A DNA stretch of 64,000 nt from an uncultured delta proteobacterium (GTDB lineage: Bacteria > Desulfobacterota > RBG-13-43-22): assembly GCA_963711835.1 (NCBI GenBank), contig CAVQFQ010000012.1, positions 1-64,000 of the forward strand, read 5' to 3'. The position numbers and the translations under genes were made by a program. This document shows, piece by piece, positions 7,901-18,994 of the stretch. Below the pieces are notes generated by a model that was not told the origin of the DNA, searched no databases, and saw only the letters and a list, made by a program, of their open reading frames with translations. The number at the start of each line of letters is the position of its first letter. Positions within the stretch are counted from its first letter, which is position 1.

Positions 7901-8269
7901 TCAATGCACTCCCTTCATCAGTTCTTTTGCCAACTCAACCATGTCCTCCAACCAGGGATCATCCTCCTCCCCTCCGAAGCTGTCAATGAACCACTGGATC
8001 TTGGCTCTCTCCTTCTCCGTCGGCACGAAATACCGGCCTGGGATACTCGGAACCTCACCTGGTTTGGGCCAGGGGAATGACAATAAATAGGTTTCGGCAT
8101 CATCAGGATGCCAGTTCCGATAGGTCCGTAAGGCCCGCTCAAACTGCCCAGCATCCACTGGAAACCATGGTACCCCCTGAGCGGTACAGTCCCGAACGTT
8201 CCCGACTTCATCGGCCAGGATCTCAAGAGCGGTCCAGTAGTCTTCGTCAAGGATGGGAGGTTGAGTCAT
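7901..8269 (-). CDS. Hypothetical acidic protein
   Basis: 122-aa ORF; its ATG overlaps the stop of the upstream small ORF. Confidence 0.55.
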   Translation of the reverse strand: MTQPPILDEDYWTALEILADEVGNVRDCTAQGVPWFPVDAGQFERALRTYRNWHPDDAETYLLSFPWPKPGEVPSIPGRYFVPTEKERAKIQWFIDSFGGEEDDPWLEDMVELAKELMKGVH

Positions 8270-8461
8270 TTGGGTTTTGGTCTTACGCCGTCCGGATTAC
8301 CTTGTTCAAGATAAAACTTCTCAGATGCACTGACTTTCGACTCCAAGTCCCAAAGGTCGGAAGCCAGCTTGTTGGTATTGACCGTATCAAGATTATTGGC
8401 CAGGGCCTTTGATCTCGTTTATGGCTTTATCGACTACCTGGTTTACTGGGGTCTTTTTCAT
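8266..8461 (-). CDS. Small hypothetical protein (probable +1 frameshift)
   Basis: AGGAGG RBS, then MKKTPVNQVVDKAINEIK. Removing one A gives an ORF ending in an ATGA overlap with the next gene. Confidence 0.4.
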
Positions 8462-8997
8462 TCGATCCTCCTATAGTCCATAACCCTCGTTTTCCCTCCC
8501 TGGCCTCCCTGTAGGCCTCCTGTAGCCTTCTGAGATGCCTTACATTCGGCGGATAGGTCATCAGGCCAGCATAACCGGCCCGGACGATCTCTTCGTTGAG
8601 CATCCGACCATCCTGGAGCCAGACGTAGCCGAGGAGTCTGCCATACCGGTCCCGTTCCTGCACGTCCAGTTCGATGGTGACATGGTCACCAGGTCGGAGA
8701 ACTGATTTAACATACCGGGTCGCTCTCTGGCCCATTTCGGTGATGGTTCTGAGGTCAGCCCCTGTCCGGATCGAGTCCTTCTCGGCCTTGGGGTTCGGGC
8801 GGCATTCCGGGGCGTCGATGCCGATCAGCCGGACCTTTTCCTTGTGGCCCTGGAGGCGGATGACGATGGTGTCACCGTCAGTGATCGATATGACCTCAGC
8901 AGGCAGGGTTCGGGGAGATCTTTCGGCCAGGAGAACAGAGGGCAGAAGGAGGGTCTAAGAGGATGAGGATCGCGGGGACTATGGTTTTCCGGTTCAT
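8427..8997 (-). CDS. Thermonuclease (staphylococcal nuclease) family protein with signal peptide (frameshift near 8955)
   Basis: The frame upstream of the listed ORF reads VISITDGDTI...KVRLIGIDAPE, then DRYGRLLGYV and AREGKRGLW. The hydrophobic N-terminus MNRKTIVPAILILL is in a shifted frame. Confidence 0.85.
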
Positions 8998-9018
8998 GGG
9001 GATGGGTATCATGGTCGA

Positions 9019-9488
9019 TCACTTCCCGAGGGCTTTCACCAGGAAATCGAAACGCCAACAGGGAGATCCCTGGATTTTTACTCTCCCGAGGCCCGGCCAC
9101 ATTCAGGACCCCGATCCGGTTCTTCTCCAGCCAGGCCCTCAATGATGATGGGTCCCCAGGCTTCTTCAGGTCAACGATCAGACAGGGCTTCCTATGCCTC
9201 TTGGCCAGGCGGATGGTCAAGGCCGTCCCCCCGGTCGGTTTGCCCCAGGTTAAGATCAGGGTCCCGTCCGAGTCCTGGACGTTCATCTCCGTCCTTACCG
9301 GGTAGCTGGCCGACTCAGTTTCCTTGAGTGGGTAGCGTTCCGGGATTGGTCCGTCTTCAGCCTTCCGACCTTTCGGACACCAGCCGCCGCAGGGGATACC
9401 GAGATTCAAGGGCAGCATCCAGGGCGGCACGGTCAACGCCGGTCTGGCCACCGGAGATGATTTTCAAACCTCGTTTTTGGTTCTCCAT
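9019..9488 (-). CDS. SLOG-family (circularly permuted YpsA / 'putative molybdenum carrier') protein, two +1 frameshifts
   Basis: KIISGGQTGVDRAALDAA | GIPCGGWCPKGRKAEDG...RTEMNVQDSDGTL...LNVAGPRESK; single extra bases near 9405 and 9051. Confidence 0.85.
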
Positions 9489-9544
9489 ATCAATATGTTG
9501 CCTTTAAACCTTTAACCTTCGATACCATATATCACTTGATCAAC

Positions 9545-9570
9545 AAAAAAGGCAGGGTTATTTGACCCGC
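9545..9570 (-). terminator. Possible intrinsic terminator
   Basis: Minus strand GGCGGGTCAAATAACCCTGCC followed by T6. Confidence 0.5.
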
Positions 9571-9754
9571 CACCTAAATGTCATGAACTAATTTAGGACC
9601 AGCTTAATTAAATAGTTTTTGGTTATCAGCTAAGAGTTTAGGCTGAAAAATAAAGGAAAGGGAAAGAAATTACCTTTCCAGGGAAAGGGTTTCCCAGAAT
9701 TCGGAACTCATTTTCTTTCATTGGATAAGGTGAGGATCTTCTTTCCCATCAGAA

Positions 9755-9804
9755 GGGGAATCCAGGAATAAAAAGACTGGATTCCGGGTCAAGCCCGGAA
9801 TGAC
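9755..9804. repeat. REP-like palindrome (CTGGATTCCGG...CCGGAATGAC type)
   Basis: GGAATCCAG...CTGGATTCCGGGTCAAGCCCGGAATGAC; relatives at 57291 and 58549. Confidence 0.7.
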
Positions 9805-9845
9805 AACCTGGTAAATGTAATACTGAAATACTATACTATTCAAAA

Positions 9846-9876
9846 TAAAAAGGGGCCGGGAATGATCCCCGGCCCC
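9846..9876 (-). terminator. Intrinsic terminator of the ribosomal protein/alpha operon
   Basis: GGGGCCGGG-gatcatt-CCCGGCCCC then TTTTT, downstream of rplQ. Confidence 0.85.
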
Positions 9877-9926
9877 CAACTAGTCTGTCCTTCTGAAGGG
9901 CGGTCTGCCTAAAGGCAACCGCCCCC

Positions 9927-10412
9927 TTAGGCCTTTTCCTTAAGCTCCTCGACCACCTTCTTAACCTCGTCCTTCTTCTGGCCGGGCATCAGACCTTTGA
10001 CCTTGTCCATGGCCTGTTTGGCCTTGCTCTTTTTCTTCTTGGTTTTGACTTCCTCGGAACGGCCCACCAGTTCGATGACCGAGATGGGGGCGCAATCCCC
10101 TTTGCGGTAGCGCAGCTTGGTGATCTGGGTATAGCCGCCGTTCCGTTCCAGGTAGCGGTCCTTGATTTCGCCGAACAGTTTATAGACCACTTTTTTATCC
10201 CGGATAAAAGCCAGGGCCTGCCGCTGGGCATGGAGATCCCCTTTCTTGGCCAGGGTGATCATCCGCTCCGCCTCCATCCGCAACTCTTTGGCCTTGGCCA
10301 GGGTGGTTTCAATCCGCTCGTGCTCCAGAAGGGAGGTGACCATATTGCGCATCAGGGCCAGCCGATGGCTGGTCGTGCGACTCAGTTTTCTTCCTGAACA
10401 GTTATGCCTCAT
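9927..10412 (-). CDS. rplQ: 50S ribosomal protein L17
   Basis: MRH...[16 protein letters not shown]; operon position. Confidence 0.98.
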   Translation of the reverse strand: MRHNCSGRKLSRTTSHRLALMRNMVTSLLEHERIETTLAKAKELRMEAERMITLAKKGDLHAQRQALAFIRDKKVVYKLFGEIKDRYLERNGGYTQITKLRYRKGDCAPISVIELVGRSEEVKTKKKKSKAKQAMDKVKGLMPGQKKDEVKKVVEELKEKA

Positions 10413-11418
10413 ACCCGTTTTCCTTTGTTTCCTCCTGCGAGGGCGGTTGAAAGCCGTCCAGTCTCATGCCCAGGCCCAACCCCATTTCCTCCAAGATCGA
10501 CTTGATTTCATTAAGTGATTTGCGGCCGAAGTTTTTGGTCCGAAGCATTTCCGATTCGGTCTTCTGGACCAGTTCCCAGATATGGCCGATATTGGCATTC
10601 TTTAGACAGTTGGCCGAGCGGACCGAAAGCTCCAGTTCTTCCACGCTTTTAAAAAGATTCTGGTTGATCTGATCTTCGGCCGGGCCGCCTTCCTCCCGCG
10701 AAGGCTCTTCCTGCGCTTCTTCAAAATTGATAAAAATACTTAACTGTTCCTTCAAAATTTTAGCGGCCACGGCCAGCGCATCTTCGGGAGTGATGCTGCC
10801 GTCGGTCCAGAGTTCCAGGGTCAACTTATCATAATCCGTGATCTGCCCGACCCGGGCATTCCCGACCACATAATTCACCTTTTTGATCGGTGAAAAAGCG
10901 GTATCCAAAAAGATGCTCCCCAGCGGGGCGCCTTCGACTTTATTCCGCTCGGCCGGTACATAGCCTTTTCCCATTTTGACCTGCATTTCGGCCTTCAGCT
11001 TCCCGTCAGGAGACAGGGTGGCCAGGGGCTGATCCGGGTTTAAAATCTCAATATGGGGATCACAAATAAGGTCTTTGGCCTTGACCACCCCCTCGCCGCC
11101 GGCATTCATTTTAATGGTGCGCGGCTCCTCGCCGTGCATCTTCAGGCGAACCGCTCTCAAATTTAAAATAATGTCCGAGATGTCTTCGACAATGCCGGGC
11201 AGGGTGGAGAATTCATGGAGCACGCCGTCAAATTTGACCGAAACAATGGCGGCACCCTGCAGGGAGGAGATCAGCACCCTTCGCAGAGCATTCCCGATAG
11301 TAACCCCGAAACCCCTTTCCAGGGGCTCACAAACGAATTTTCCATAAGATCGGCTGTGTCCGTCAGGATCCACCTCCAACCTTTTGGGTTTAATCAGTTC
11401 TCGCCAATTCCGATACAT
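10402..11418 (-). CDS. rpoA: RNA polymerase alpha subunit
   Basis: [17 protein letters not shown]; [12 protein letters not shown]. Confidence 0.99.
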   Translation of the reverse strand: MYRNWRELIKPKRLEVDPDGHSRSYGKFVCEPLERGFGVTIGNALRRVLISSLQGAAIVSVKFDGVLHEFSTLPGIVEDISDIILNLRAVRLKMHGEEPRTIKMNAGGEGVVKAKDLICDPHIEILNPDQPLATLSPDGKLKAEMQVKMGKGYVPAERNKVEGAPLGSIFLDTAFSPIKKVNYVVGNARVGQITDYDKLTLELWTDGSITPEDALAVAAKILKEQLSIFINFEEAQEEPSREEGGPAEDQINQNLFKSVEELELSVRSANCLKNANIGHIWELVQKTESEMLRTKNFGRKSLNEIKSILEEMGLGLGMRLDGFQPPSQEETKENGYEA

Positions 11419-11457
11419 AAGCTCTCCTTAGGGTCGTCCGCGTCTTCGGTTAACCGA

Positions 11458-12084
11458 TTACTTGGAATAAAGTTCGACAACCAGTTGTTCCTGGATGGGC
11501 ATGGTCAAATCTTCACGGACCGGGTAGGTCTTGACCCCGCCCGAAAAGGTGGTCTTATCCAGCTCCAGCCATTGAGGAACCCCGCGTCGGGCCACCGCTT
11601 CCATGGACTCGACGATGGAGGCAATCTGGCGGCTTTTTTCCTTGACCACTACGGTATCCCCTATTTTCAAAAGATAGGAAGGGATGTTGACTTTTCGTCC
11701 GTTAATCAAAAAATGATTATGCCGGACCAATTGCCGGGCCTGATTTCTGGAATTGGCGAAGCCTAAGCGGTAAACCACATTATCTAATCTTCTTTCCAGC
11801 AGGACCAACAAGTTGGTGCCGGTGACGCCCTTCATCCGGTCGGCCTTATGAAAGGTGCCTCTGAATTGGCCTTCCAAGAGCCCGTACATCCACTTTACTT
11901 TTTGCTTTTCCCGGAGCTGGACTCCGTACTCGGAACGCTTGCTGCGGCCCTGACCATGTTGACCGGGGGGATAGCCCCGCCGTTCAAATGCGCACTTGTC
12001 CGAATAGCAGCGATCCCCTTTAAGAAAAATTTTCAAGTTTTCCCTTCGGCACAACCGGCAAACCGAATCGTTATATCTGGCCAA
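11458..12084 (-). CDS. rpsD: 30S ribosomal protein S4 (Zn-ribbon type)
   Basis: MARY...CRLCRRE...[14 protein letters not shown]. Confidence 0.99.
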   Translation of the reverse strand: MARYNDSVCRLCRRENLKIFLKGDRCYSDKCAFERRGYPPGQHGQGRSKRSEYGVQLREKQKVKWMYGLLEGQFRGTFHKADRMKGVTGTNLLVLLERRLDNVVYRLGFANSRNQARQLVRHNHFLINGRKVNIPSYLLKIGDTVVVKEKSRQIASIVESMEAVARRGVPQWLELDKTTFSGGVKTYPVREDLTMPIQEQLVVELYSK

Positions 12085-12118
12085 CCTTTTCCTCCTCTGG
12101 TTTGGTTATTGGAGGGGA

Positions 12119-12514
12119 TTAAACCCTTCTCCGTTTAGGGGGGCGACAGCCGTTATGGGGGATGGGCGTGACGTCCCGGATCACCTGGACCGAAAACCCG
12201 GCGGCCTGCAACGAACGCAAGGCCGCTTCCCGCCCGGCTCCGGGTCCCTTGATAAACACATCGATGCTCCTCATTCCCTGTTCCATGGCCTTTTTGGCGG
12301 CCACTTCGGCGGCTAACTGGGCGGCAAAGGGGGTGCTTTTCCGGGAGCCCTTGAACCCCTGCGTCCCGGCGCTGGCCCAGGCCACCACATTGCCGACGGG
12401 ATCGGTAATGGTGATAATGGTGTTGTTAAAGGTCGATTGAATATGAACAATCCCGTTGGGAACGTTTTTCTTTTCTTTCTTTTTCTTTACCGTCTTCTTC
12501 GCTTCTTTGGCCAT
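12119..12514 (-). CDS. rpsK: 30S ribosomal protein S11
   Basis: STFNNTI; [16 protein letters not shown]. Confidence 0.99.
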   Translation of the reverse strand: MAKEAKKTVKKKKEKKNVPNGIVHIQSTFNNTIITITDPVGNVVAWASAGTQGFKGSRKSTPFAAQLAAEVAAKKAMEQGMRSIDVFIKGPGAGREAALRSLQAAGFSVQVIRDVTPIPHNGCRPPKRRRV

Positions 12515-12529
12515 GATTCCTCCAGGGGA

Positions 12530-12901
12530 TTATTTTTTCTTTTTCCCGGCCAGGGTCCGCCGGGGTCCCTTTCGGGTCCGGGCGTTGGTGTGGGTCCGCT
12601 GGCCTCGAACCGGCAAGGATTTCCGGTGCCGCAGCCCCCGGTAGGTGCCGACGTCCATAAGCCGTTTGATGTCCATGGAGATCTCCCGGCGCAGGTCGCC
12701 CTCCACCCGGATGCTGCTGTCGACCACTTTTCGAATGGCCGCCACCTGGCCTTCCGTCAACTGATCGGTTTTCGTATCCGGAGGGATCTGGGTTTCTTCC
12801 AGGATCTTTTTCGACGTCGGCCGCCCGATGCCGTAAATGTAGGTTAAGGCAATTTCAACCCTTTTGTTTTTCGGTAAATCAATTCCAGCTATTCTGGCCA
12901 A
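12530..12901 (-). CDS. rpsM: 30S ribosomal protein S13
   Basis: [10 protein letters not shown]; [17 protein letters not shown]. Confidence 0.99.
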   Translation of the reverse strand: MARIAGIDLPKNKRVEIALTYIYGIGRPTSKKILEETQIPPDTKTDQLTEGQVAAIRKVVDSSIRVEGDLRREISMDIKRLMDVGTYRGLRHRKSLPVRGQRTHTNARTRKGPRRTLAGKKKK

Positions 12902-12917
12902 CGTGTTCCTCCCTTTT

Positions 12918-13031
12918 TCATCCCTGGCGCTGTTTGTGCTTGGGATTTTCGCAAATGACCCGCACCACGCCCTTGCGCTGGATAATCTTGCACTTGCTGC
13001 AAATCTTTTTTACGGATGCCTTGACTTTCAT
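12918..13031 (-). CDS. rpmJ: 50S ribosomal protein L36 (not in the ORF track)
   Basis: Translated by hand: [37 protein letters not shown]. Confidence 0.97.
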   Translation of the reverse strand: MKVKASVKKICSKCKIIQRKGVVRVICENPKHKQRQG

Positions 13032-13102
13032 AAGTACCTCGATGCCGGGCAAGAAATTAGGATGGGCACTCGAACTCCTGACCCCTTGAATCCTTGACCT
13101 GT

Positions 13103-13321
13103 TTATTTGGTCCGGTAGGTAATTCTGCCCCGTTTAAAATCATAAGGGGAAAGCTCCACCTTGACCTTATCTCCGGGCAGAATTTTAATAAAGTGCAAAC
13201 GCATTTTTCCGGAGATATGCGCCAGGACCCGGTGGCCTTTTTCCAGTTCAACACGGAACATGGCGTTCGGCAGCGTCTCCACTACCGTGCCTTCCACTTC
13301 GATCACATCTTCTTTAGACAT
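13103..13321 (-). CDS. infA: Translation initiation factor IF-1
   Basis: [11 protein letters not shown]...AHISGKMR. Confidence 0.99.
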   Translation of the reverse strand: MSKEDVIEVEGTVVETLPNAMFRVELEKGHRVLAHISGKMRLHFIKILPGDKVKVELSPYDFKRGRITYRTK

Positions 13322-13327
13322 AATCCG

Positions 13328-14095
13328 TTAAAAGAGGGCTGTTTCCCCTTCGGGTTGGGTCAAGATGCAACAGCCGTTTTCCGTAACGGCGACCGTATGT
13401 TCAAAATGAGCCGAAAGGCTTCGGTCTTTGGTTACGGCCGTCCAGCCGTCCGAAAGTATTTCGACCTCATGGCCGCCGGCATTCACCATCGGCTCAATGG
13501 CCAGAACCATCCCCGGTTTCAAAAGCACCCCCCGGCCGGATTCTCCAAAATTCGGAATTTGGGGATCCTCGTGAAGGGCCTTTCCGATCCCGTGGCCCAC
13601 AAACTGCCGGACCACTGAAAATCCCCGGTTCTCCACATGGGCTTGAACCGCAAAAGAGACGTCTCCCAGCCGGTTTCCGGCCCGAACCTTTTCCAGACCC
13701 AGGAAGAGGGCCTCCCGGGTAACCTGAATCAACCGCTGGGCTAAAAGGGAAACGGCGCCCACCGCCACCGTCAAAGCCGCATCGCCGTAATAGCCGTTAT
13801 AATTAACCCCGAAATCCAGGCTGACGATGTCCCCTTCAAGCACTTTCCGTTCCGAAGGAAAACCGTGGACCACCTCTTCGTTAACGGAAACGCACAAACT
13901 GAAAGGATAGCCGTTATACCCCTGGAAGGCCGGCTGGACCTTCTTTTTCGCGCAGAGGCGCCGGGCCAACTGATCCAGCTCCCGGGTGGCCACCCCCGGT
14001 TTAATCTCGGCCCGTATTTCTTCCAGGATCAAAGCCACCACTCGCCCGGCACAGCGCATCTTTTCAATCTCCTCCGGAGATTTTAAGATGATCAT
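13328..14095 (-). CDS. map: Methionine aminopeptidase type I
   Basis: SVNEEVVHG, GHGIG, AIEPM and SAHFEHT. Confidence 0.98.
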   Translation of the reverse strand: MIILKSPEEIEKMRCAGRVVALILEEIRAEIKPGVATRELDQLARRLCAKKKVQPAFQGYNGYPFSLCVSVNEEVVHGFPSERKVLEGDIVSLDFGVNYNGYYGDAALTVAVGAVSLLAQRLIQVTREALFLGLEKVRAGNRLGDVSFAVQAHVENRGFSVVRQFVGHGIGKALHEDPQIPNFGESGRGVLLKPGMVLAIEPMVNAGGHEVEILSDGWTAVTKDRSLSAHFEHTVAVTENGCCILTQPEGETALF

Positions 14096-14104
14096 GACCC
14101 CTTT

Positions 14105-14746
14105 TTACGAGAGCGCTTTTACAATACGATCGAAAATCTGCTGGATACCGCCTTGTCCTTCAATCGGACGCAGCAAAGCTTTCTCCTTAAAATACTCGAT
14201 CAGGGGAAAGGTCTGGGCATCATAGACCTCCAGACGATTCCGGACCGTATCCTCATTGTCGTCATCCCGCTGGTACAATTCACCCGGGCACTTGTTGCAG
14301 CGGTCCTTATTGAGCGGGGGATCGAAAATGACATGATAGCCCTGCCCGCATTGACGGCAGGTTCTCCGGCCGGTCAGTCGTTTGACCAGCTCCCCTTTGT
14401 CCACTTCAATGGAAATGACATGATCGATCTTGGAATTCATATCGGCCAGGACCTTGTCCAGGGCCTGGGCCTGGGCCACGGTTCGGGGAAACCCGTCCAG
14501 CATGTAGCCCTGTTGGCAATCCTTCTCCTTCAGCCGCTCTTGGATAATGCCGATCACCACCTCATCCGGTACCAACAGCCCCTTATCCATATACTCCTTG
14601 GCCTTGAGACCAAGCTGGGTTTTCTCCTTGAGATTAGCCCTGAGGATATCCCCGGTGGAAATCTGGGGGATTTTATACTTGTCAATCATCATTTTGGCTT
14701 GGGTCCCTTTCCCGGCCCCCGGGGGTCCCAACAGAATCAGATTCAT
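14105..14746 (-). CDS. adk: Adenylate kinase (Zn-lid)
   Basis: GPPGAGKGTQ; LDGFPRT; CxxC lid. Confidence 0.99.
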   Translation of the reverse strand: MNLILLGPPGAGKGTQAKMMIDKYKIPQISTGDILRANLKEKTQLGLKAKEYMDKGLLVPDEVVIGIIQERLKEKDCQQGYMLDGFPRTVAQAQALDKVLADMNSKIDHVISIEVDKGELVKRLTGRRTCRQCGQGYHVIFDPPLNKDRCNKCPGELYQRDDDNEDTVRNRLEVYDAQTFPLIEYFKEKALLRPIEGQGGIQQIFDRIVKALS

Positions 14747-14771
14747 AGCTTCCTCCTTTAGATTGACCGGG

Positions 14772-16082
14772 CTAGCGTTTTATGCGCCCGATGCCTTTCT
14801 TCATAAATCCTTCGTAATGACGGGTCAACATGTGGGATTCAATTTGGGCCATCGTGTCGATGGCTACGCCGACCACAATCAATAGGGCCGTCCCGCCGAA
14901 GTAAAAAGGAACCTGAAAACGATGGATCAGGATGGTCGGCAGGACACAGACCGCCGAGACATAGAGGGCCCCGCCGAAGGTAATGCGGGTCAGGATTCGG
15001 TCGATATGATCGGCGGTCCGCTTTCCGGGCCGGATACCCGGGATATAGCCGCCGTATTTTTTCATGTTCTCGGCTACATCAACCGGATTAAAGGTTACGG
15101 CCGTATAAAAATAACAAAAGAAAAAGATGAAGGCCACATAGGTCAGGGAATAAAGCAGACCCCCGACGCCCATAAAATTCTTGACGAAGGTGCTCAGCCA
15201 CTGGATTTGAATGAACTGGGTGATGGTCGCCGGGAACATCAGGATCGAAGAGGCGAAGATGGGCGGGATGACCCCCGAGGTGTTGATCTTCAAGGGCAAG
15301 TGGGTGCTTTGACCGCCGTAAACCTTCCGCCCGACGACCCGTTTGGCATACTGGACCGGGATACGCCGCTGCCCCCGTTCAACAAAGACGATAAAGCCGA
15401 CCACCGCCACCATCAGAACTATTAACAGGAGGATCACGATGAAATTCATCTCTCCGGTCCGGACCAGATTGAAGGTGTTGGCCATGGCCGTGGGCATGCG
15501 GGCCACAATCCCGGCAAAAATAATCAGCGAGATGCCGTTGCCGATCCCCCGCTCGGTGATCTGTTCCCCCAGCCACATGATAAAGGCCGTCCCGGAGGTC
15601 AGGCTGATCATGGTCATCAGGCGAAAGGACCAGCCCGGGTCCATGACCACCGAGGCCCCGCCCGGTCCGGACATGTTTTCCATGCCCACGGCGATTCCGA
15701 AACCCTGGAAGAGGGAGAGAACCACCGTCCCGTAACGGGCATACTGGATGATCTTTTTCCGGCCGGCCTCGCCTTCCTTCTTCAATTTTTCCAGATAAGG
15801 GATGACCACGCTCAGCAGGTCCAGGATGATCGAGGCGCTGATATAGGGCATGATCCCCAGGGCAAAGACCGACATATGTTCCAGGGCGCCGCCGGAGAAC
15901 ATGTCAAACAAGCCGAACAGGGTACCCTGGGCCCTTTTGAAAAAAGCGGCCAAGGCCACGGTATCAATCCCCGGAGTGGGGACGTGAACCCCGACCCGGT
16001 AAACGGCCAGCATGGCCAGGGTAAACCAGATCTTCTTTTTCAGCTCCGGGATCTTGGTGATGTTTTGAATGCCGCCGATCAT
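14772..16082 (-). CDS. secY: Preprotein translocase SecY
   Basis: ALGIMPYISASII; GIGNGISLIIF; IPGIRPG. Confidence 0.99.
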   Translation of the reverse strand: MIGGIQNITKIPELKKKIWFTLAMLAVYRVGVHVPTPGIDTVALAAFFKRAQGTLFGLFDMFSGGALEHMSVFALGIMPYISASIILDLLSVVIPYLEKLKKEGEAGRKKIIQYARYGTVVLSLFQGFGIAVGMENMSGPGGASVVMDPGWSFRLMTMISLTSGTAFIMWLGEQITERGIGNGISLIIFAGIVARMPTAMANTFNLVRTGEMNFIVILLLIVLMVAVVGFIVFVERGQRRIPVQYAKRVVGRKVYGGQSTHLPLKINTSGVIPPIFASSILMFPATITQFIQIQWLSTFVKNFMGVGGLLYSLTYVAFIFFFCYFYTAVTFNPVDVAENMKKYGGYIPGIRPGKRTADHIDRILTRITFGGALYVSAVCVLPTILIHRFQVPFYFGGTALLIVVGVAIDTMAQIESHMLTRHYEGFMKKGIGRIKR

Positions 16083-16187
16083 TTTTCTTCTTCTGTAGAG
16101 GTTGTCGTTTTCAGGGTGCGAGGGTCTGTTTTTTTATGGGTCTTTCCTTTGAATCTTCGGCCCCTTGAACCCTTGAATCCTGATTTT

Positions 16188-16661
16188 CTATATGACCTCA
16201 ACCGTCCCGCCGGCCGCCTCGATCTTTTGCCGGGCCCCCTGGCTGCACTTATGGACTTTAATAAAGAGGGGGTTTTGAATTTCACCTTGCCCCAGCAATT
16301 TCACCCCGTCTTTAAAATGGCGGATGATCCCGGTCTTAATCAGGGCCGGGGCATCCACGGTGGCCCCGCTTTCAAAGACCTTCAGGTCCCGGATGTTGAG
16401 AAGACTGTATTCCACTTTTCGAAGAGGGCTAAAGCCCCTTTTCGGGAGGCGTCTCTGGATAGGCATCTGCCCCCCCTCAAACCCGGGTCGAACGCCGCCC
16501 CCGGAACGGGAATTCTGCCCTTTGGAGCCCCGGGTAGCCGTCTTCCCATGACCGGATCCCGGACCCCGGCCTACCCTTTTCGGTTTCTTCCTGGAACCCG
16601 GAGCCGGGGAGAGATTTCCCAGCCCCAATAATTCTGTTTTTTCGTGCTGTTCCTTTTCCAT
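16188..16661 (-). CDS. rplO: 50S ribosomal protein L15
   Basis: RVGRGPGSGHGKT; FEGGQMP. Confidence 0.98.
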   Translation of the reverse strand: MEKEQHEKTELLGLGNLSPAPGSRKKPKRVGRGPGSGHGKTATRGSKGQNSRSGGGVRPGFEGGQMPIQRRLPKRGFSPLRKVEYSLLNIRDLKVFESGATVDAPALIKTGIIRHFKDGVKLLGQGEIQNPLFIKVHKCSQGARQKIEAAGGTVEVI

Positions 16662-16670
16662 AATTTCGCG

Positions 16671-16853
16671 TTATTCCTTGACCTCAACGAGATAAGACAC
16701 CTGTCGGACCATCCCCCGAATCTCCGGAGTATCTTTACGGCTTACCGTTTTATTCACTCGGGTCAGACCCAGACTGGACAGGGTCCGGCGATGTTTGGGG
16801 GTCCGTCCCAGGCCGCTTCGGCGCAATGTGATCTCAATCATTTTTGCTTCCAT
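16671..16853 (-). CDS. rpmD: 50S ribosomal protein L30
   Basis: ITLRRS...DTPEIRGMV; position. Confidence 0.95.
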   Translation of the reverse strand: MEAKMIEITLRRSGLGRTPKHRRTLSSLGLTRVNKTVSRKDTPEIRGMVRQVSYLVEVKE

Positions 16854-16858
16854 CTTCC

Positions 16859-17356
16859 CTACCTAATTTCCCCTACGGCCTTGCCTCTTTTTTGGGCTAT
16901 CTCTTCGGCGCTGTGGAGATTCCGGAGGCCGTCTATGGTAGCCCGGATGACGTTATGGGGGTTATTGGAACCCAGGCATTTGGTCAGGATATTCTGCACG
17001 CCCACGGCCTCCATAACGGCCCGGACCGGCCCGCCGGCAATAATGCCGGTCCCTTTCGAGGCCGGTTTTAATAAGACCCGCCCCGCGCCGTAGGCGCCGA
17101 TGACCTCGTGCGGAATGGTCTGGTCTATCAGGGCGAATTCCTTCATCTCCCGTTTGGCTTTTTCCACGGCTTTTCGAATCGCTTCAGGGACCTCGTTGGC
17201 CTTTCCCAACCCGGAACCCACCTTGCCGTTTCCATCCCCGACAACGGCCAGGGCACTGAAACTGAACCGGCGCCCGCCTTTGACAACTTTGGCTACCCGG
17301 TTAATGCGGACCACTTTATTAATGAGCTGCTTATCCGTTGAATTGAAATCTACCAA
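16859..17356 (-). CDS. rpsE: 30S ribosomal protein S5
   Basis: [16 protein letters not shown]. Confidence 0.99.
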   Translation of the reverse strand: MVDFNSTDKQLINKVVRINRVAKVVKGGRRFSFSALAVVGDGNGKVGSGLGKANEVPEAIRKAVEKAKREMKEFALIDQTIPHEVIGAYGAGRVLLKPASKGTGIIAGGPVRAVMEAVGVQNILTKCLGSNNPHNVIRATIDGLRNLHSAEEIAQKRGKAVGEIR

Positions 17357-17368
17357 GATGTCCCCCTT

Positions 17369-17734
17369 TTAAAAATCCAACCCGGCTTCCCGGGCCGCTA
17401 ACGATACCGCCTTGATGCGACCGTGGTATAAAAAACCGTTGCGATCGAAAACCACCGCTTTGACCCCTTTTTCCAGGGCCTTCCGAGCCACTAAGGCGCC
17501 CACTTTTTGGGCCATGGCCATCTTTCCGGCACCCTTCTCCCCCCGAAGTTCGGGACTCAGGCTGGAAACCTGAACCAGAGTCCGGCCGGAGGCATCGACA
17601 ATAATCTGGGCATAAATATTAAGGGTACTGCGGAAAACGGAAAGTCGGGGACGGGCCTCCGTGCCTTGGATCTTCCTTCTCACCCGCTTTTTTCTTTTTA
17701 GGTGAGCCGATGTTTTTTTCTTTAGGGAATCCAT
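17369..17734 (-). CDS. rplR: 50S ribosomal protein L18
   Basis: RPRLSVFRS; [12 protein letters not shown]. Confidence 0.99.
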   Translation of the reverse strand: MDSLKKKTSAHLKRKKRVRRKIQGTEARPRLSVFRSTLNIYAQIIVDASGRTLVQVSSLSPELRGEKGAGKMAMAQKVGALVARKALEKGVKAVVFDRNGFLYHGRIKAVSLAAREAGLDF

Positions 17735-17748
17735 ACGCTCCTCACCGA

Positions 17749-18288
17749 TTATTTGGAACCGGTTTTACCCACCTTTCTATGAATCTTTTCCTCCTGGTAT
17801 TTAACGCCCTTGCCCTTATAGGGTTCGGGCGGCCTGAAGCGGCGGATACGGGCCGCCGTCAGTCCCAACAGGTCCCGGTCGATCCCCCTGAGGATAATCC
17901 GGGTCTGTTTCTCCACCTGGGCCGAAATCCCCTCGGGCAGGGGAAAAGGGACCTGGTGGGAAAAGCCCAGATTCAAGACCAATTTGTCACCCTGGATCTC
18001 GGCCCGATAGCCGACCCCCTGGATCTCCAGGACCCGTTCAAACCCGTCAGCCACCCCTTTCACCATATTGGCCAGCAGGGTCCTGAATAACCCCCAGAGG
18101 GCGCGGACTTTTTGGCTCTCTTCCTGAGGTTGGAGGTTGATCTGGTTCTCCTGAATCGTGACGGCCAACTGGGAAGGGACGATCCGGATCAAGCTCCCCT
18201 TAGGGCCTTGAACGGTCACCTGGCCATCCTTCACTGCGACGGTCACCTGCCCCGGTATGGGAATGGGTTTTTTACCAACCCGCGACAT
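17749..18288 (-). CDS. rplF: 50S ribosomal protein L6
   Basis: MSRVGKKPI; PEPYKGKGV. Confidence 0.99.
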   Translation of the reverse strand: MSRVGKKPIPIPGQVTVAVKDGQVTVQGPKGSLIRIVPSQLAVTIQENQINLQPQEESQKVRALWGLFRTLLANMVKGVADGFERVLEIQGVGYRAEIQGDKLVLNLGFSHQVPFPLPEGISAQVEKQTRIILRGIDRDLLGLTAARIRRFRPPEPYKGKGVKYQEEKIHRKVGKTGSK

Positions 18289-18318
18289 AATTTCCTCCTT
18301 GGCTCCCGGCCTGCGAAA

Positions 18319-18717
18319 CTACCATATGGTGCAAAGGATCTCCCCGCCTACCCCTTTTTTCCGGGCCTCTCCGTCGGTTAAAATGCCTTTGGAAGTGGAG
18401 AGGATGGACACCCCCAGACCATTCAAGACCTTGGGAATGGCATCCTTTCCGGCATAAAATCGACGACTGGGACGGCTTAAACGGGTTATACGGGTGATCA
18501 CCGGCTGGTTTTTCTCGTCCAATTTCAGATAGAGACGCAGCAGGCCCTGCCGGTTATCTTTGATCACTTTATAGTTTTTAATGTAGCCCTCATCCTTTAA
18601 GATGCGTGCGATTTGCACTTTGATCTTGGAGGAGGGGATATCCACTTTACCGAACTTAGCCGAACTGGCGTTTCGGATACGGGTCAACATATCGGCAATG
18701 GGATCGGTCATACCCAT
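18319..18717 (-). CDS. rpsH: 30S ribosomal protein S8 (start corrected)
   Basis: [17 protein letters not shown]. Confidence 0.98.
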   Translation of the reverse strand: MGMTDPIADMLTRIRNASSAKFGKVDIPSSKIKVQIARILKDEGYIKNYKVIKDNRQGLLRLYLKLDEKNQPVITRITRLSRPSRRFYAGKDAIPKVLNGLGVSILSTSKGILTDGEARKKGVGGEILCTIW

Positions 18718-18761
18718 AATGAGGGCTCCTTTTCTTTCATTTCCTTTTGGTCTTCCTGGGA

Positions 18762-18947
18762 CTACCAGCTTGACTTGATCACGCCGGGGATATCCCCTTT
18801 TAAAGCCATCTGTCTGAAACAGATGCGGCAGAGCCCGAATTTTCGGATGTAGCCTCGGGGGCGGCCGCAAAAGGGGCAGCGGTTATAGGTCCGGACCTTA
18901 AACTTTGGGGTTCGGCCGGCCTTGATCATCAGTGATTTTTTTGCCAA
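18762..18947 (-). CDS. rpsN: 30S ribosomal protein S14, type Z (Zn-binding)
   Basis: 61 aa; [10 protein letters not shown]...LCRICFR. Confidence 0.98.
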   Translation of the reverse strand: MAKKSLMIKAGRTPKFKVRTYNRCPFCGRPRGYIRKFGLCRICFRQMALKGDIPGVIKSSW

Positions 18948-18994
18948 ATCGTCTTCCTCCTTCTATCCGGGGTAGAGCGTTAACGGTCCGGGAA

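Noticed and set aside
16079-16285. 68-aa ORF between rplO and secY
   Set aside because: It overlaps rplO out of frame and runs through an intergenic repeat.
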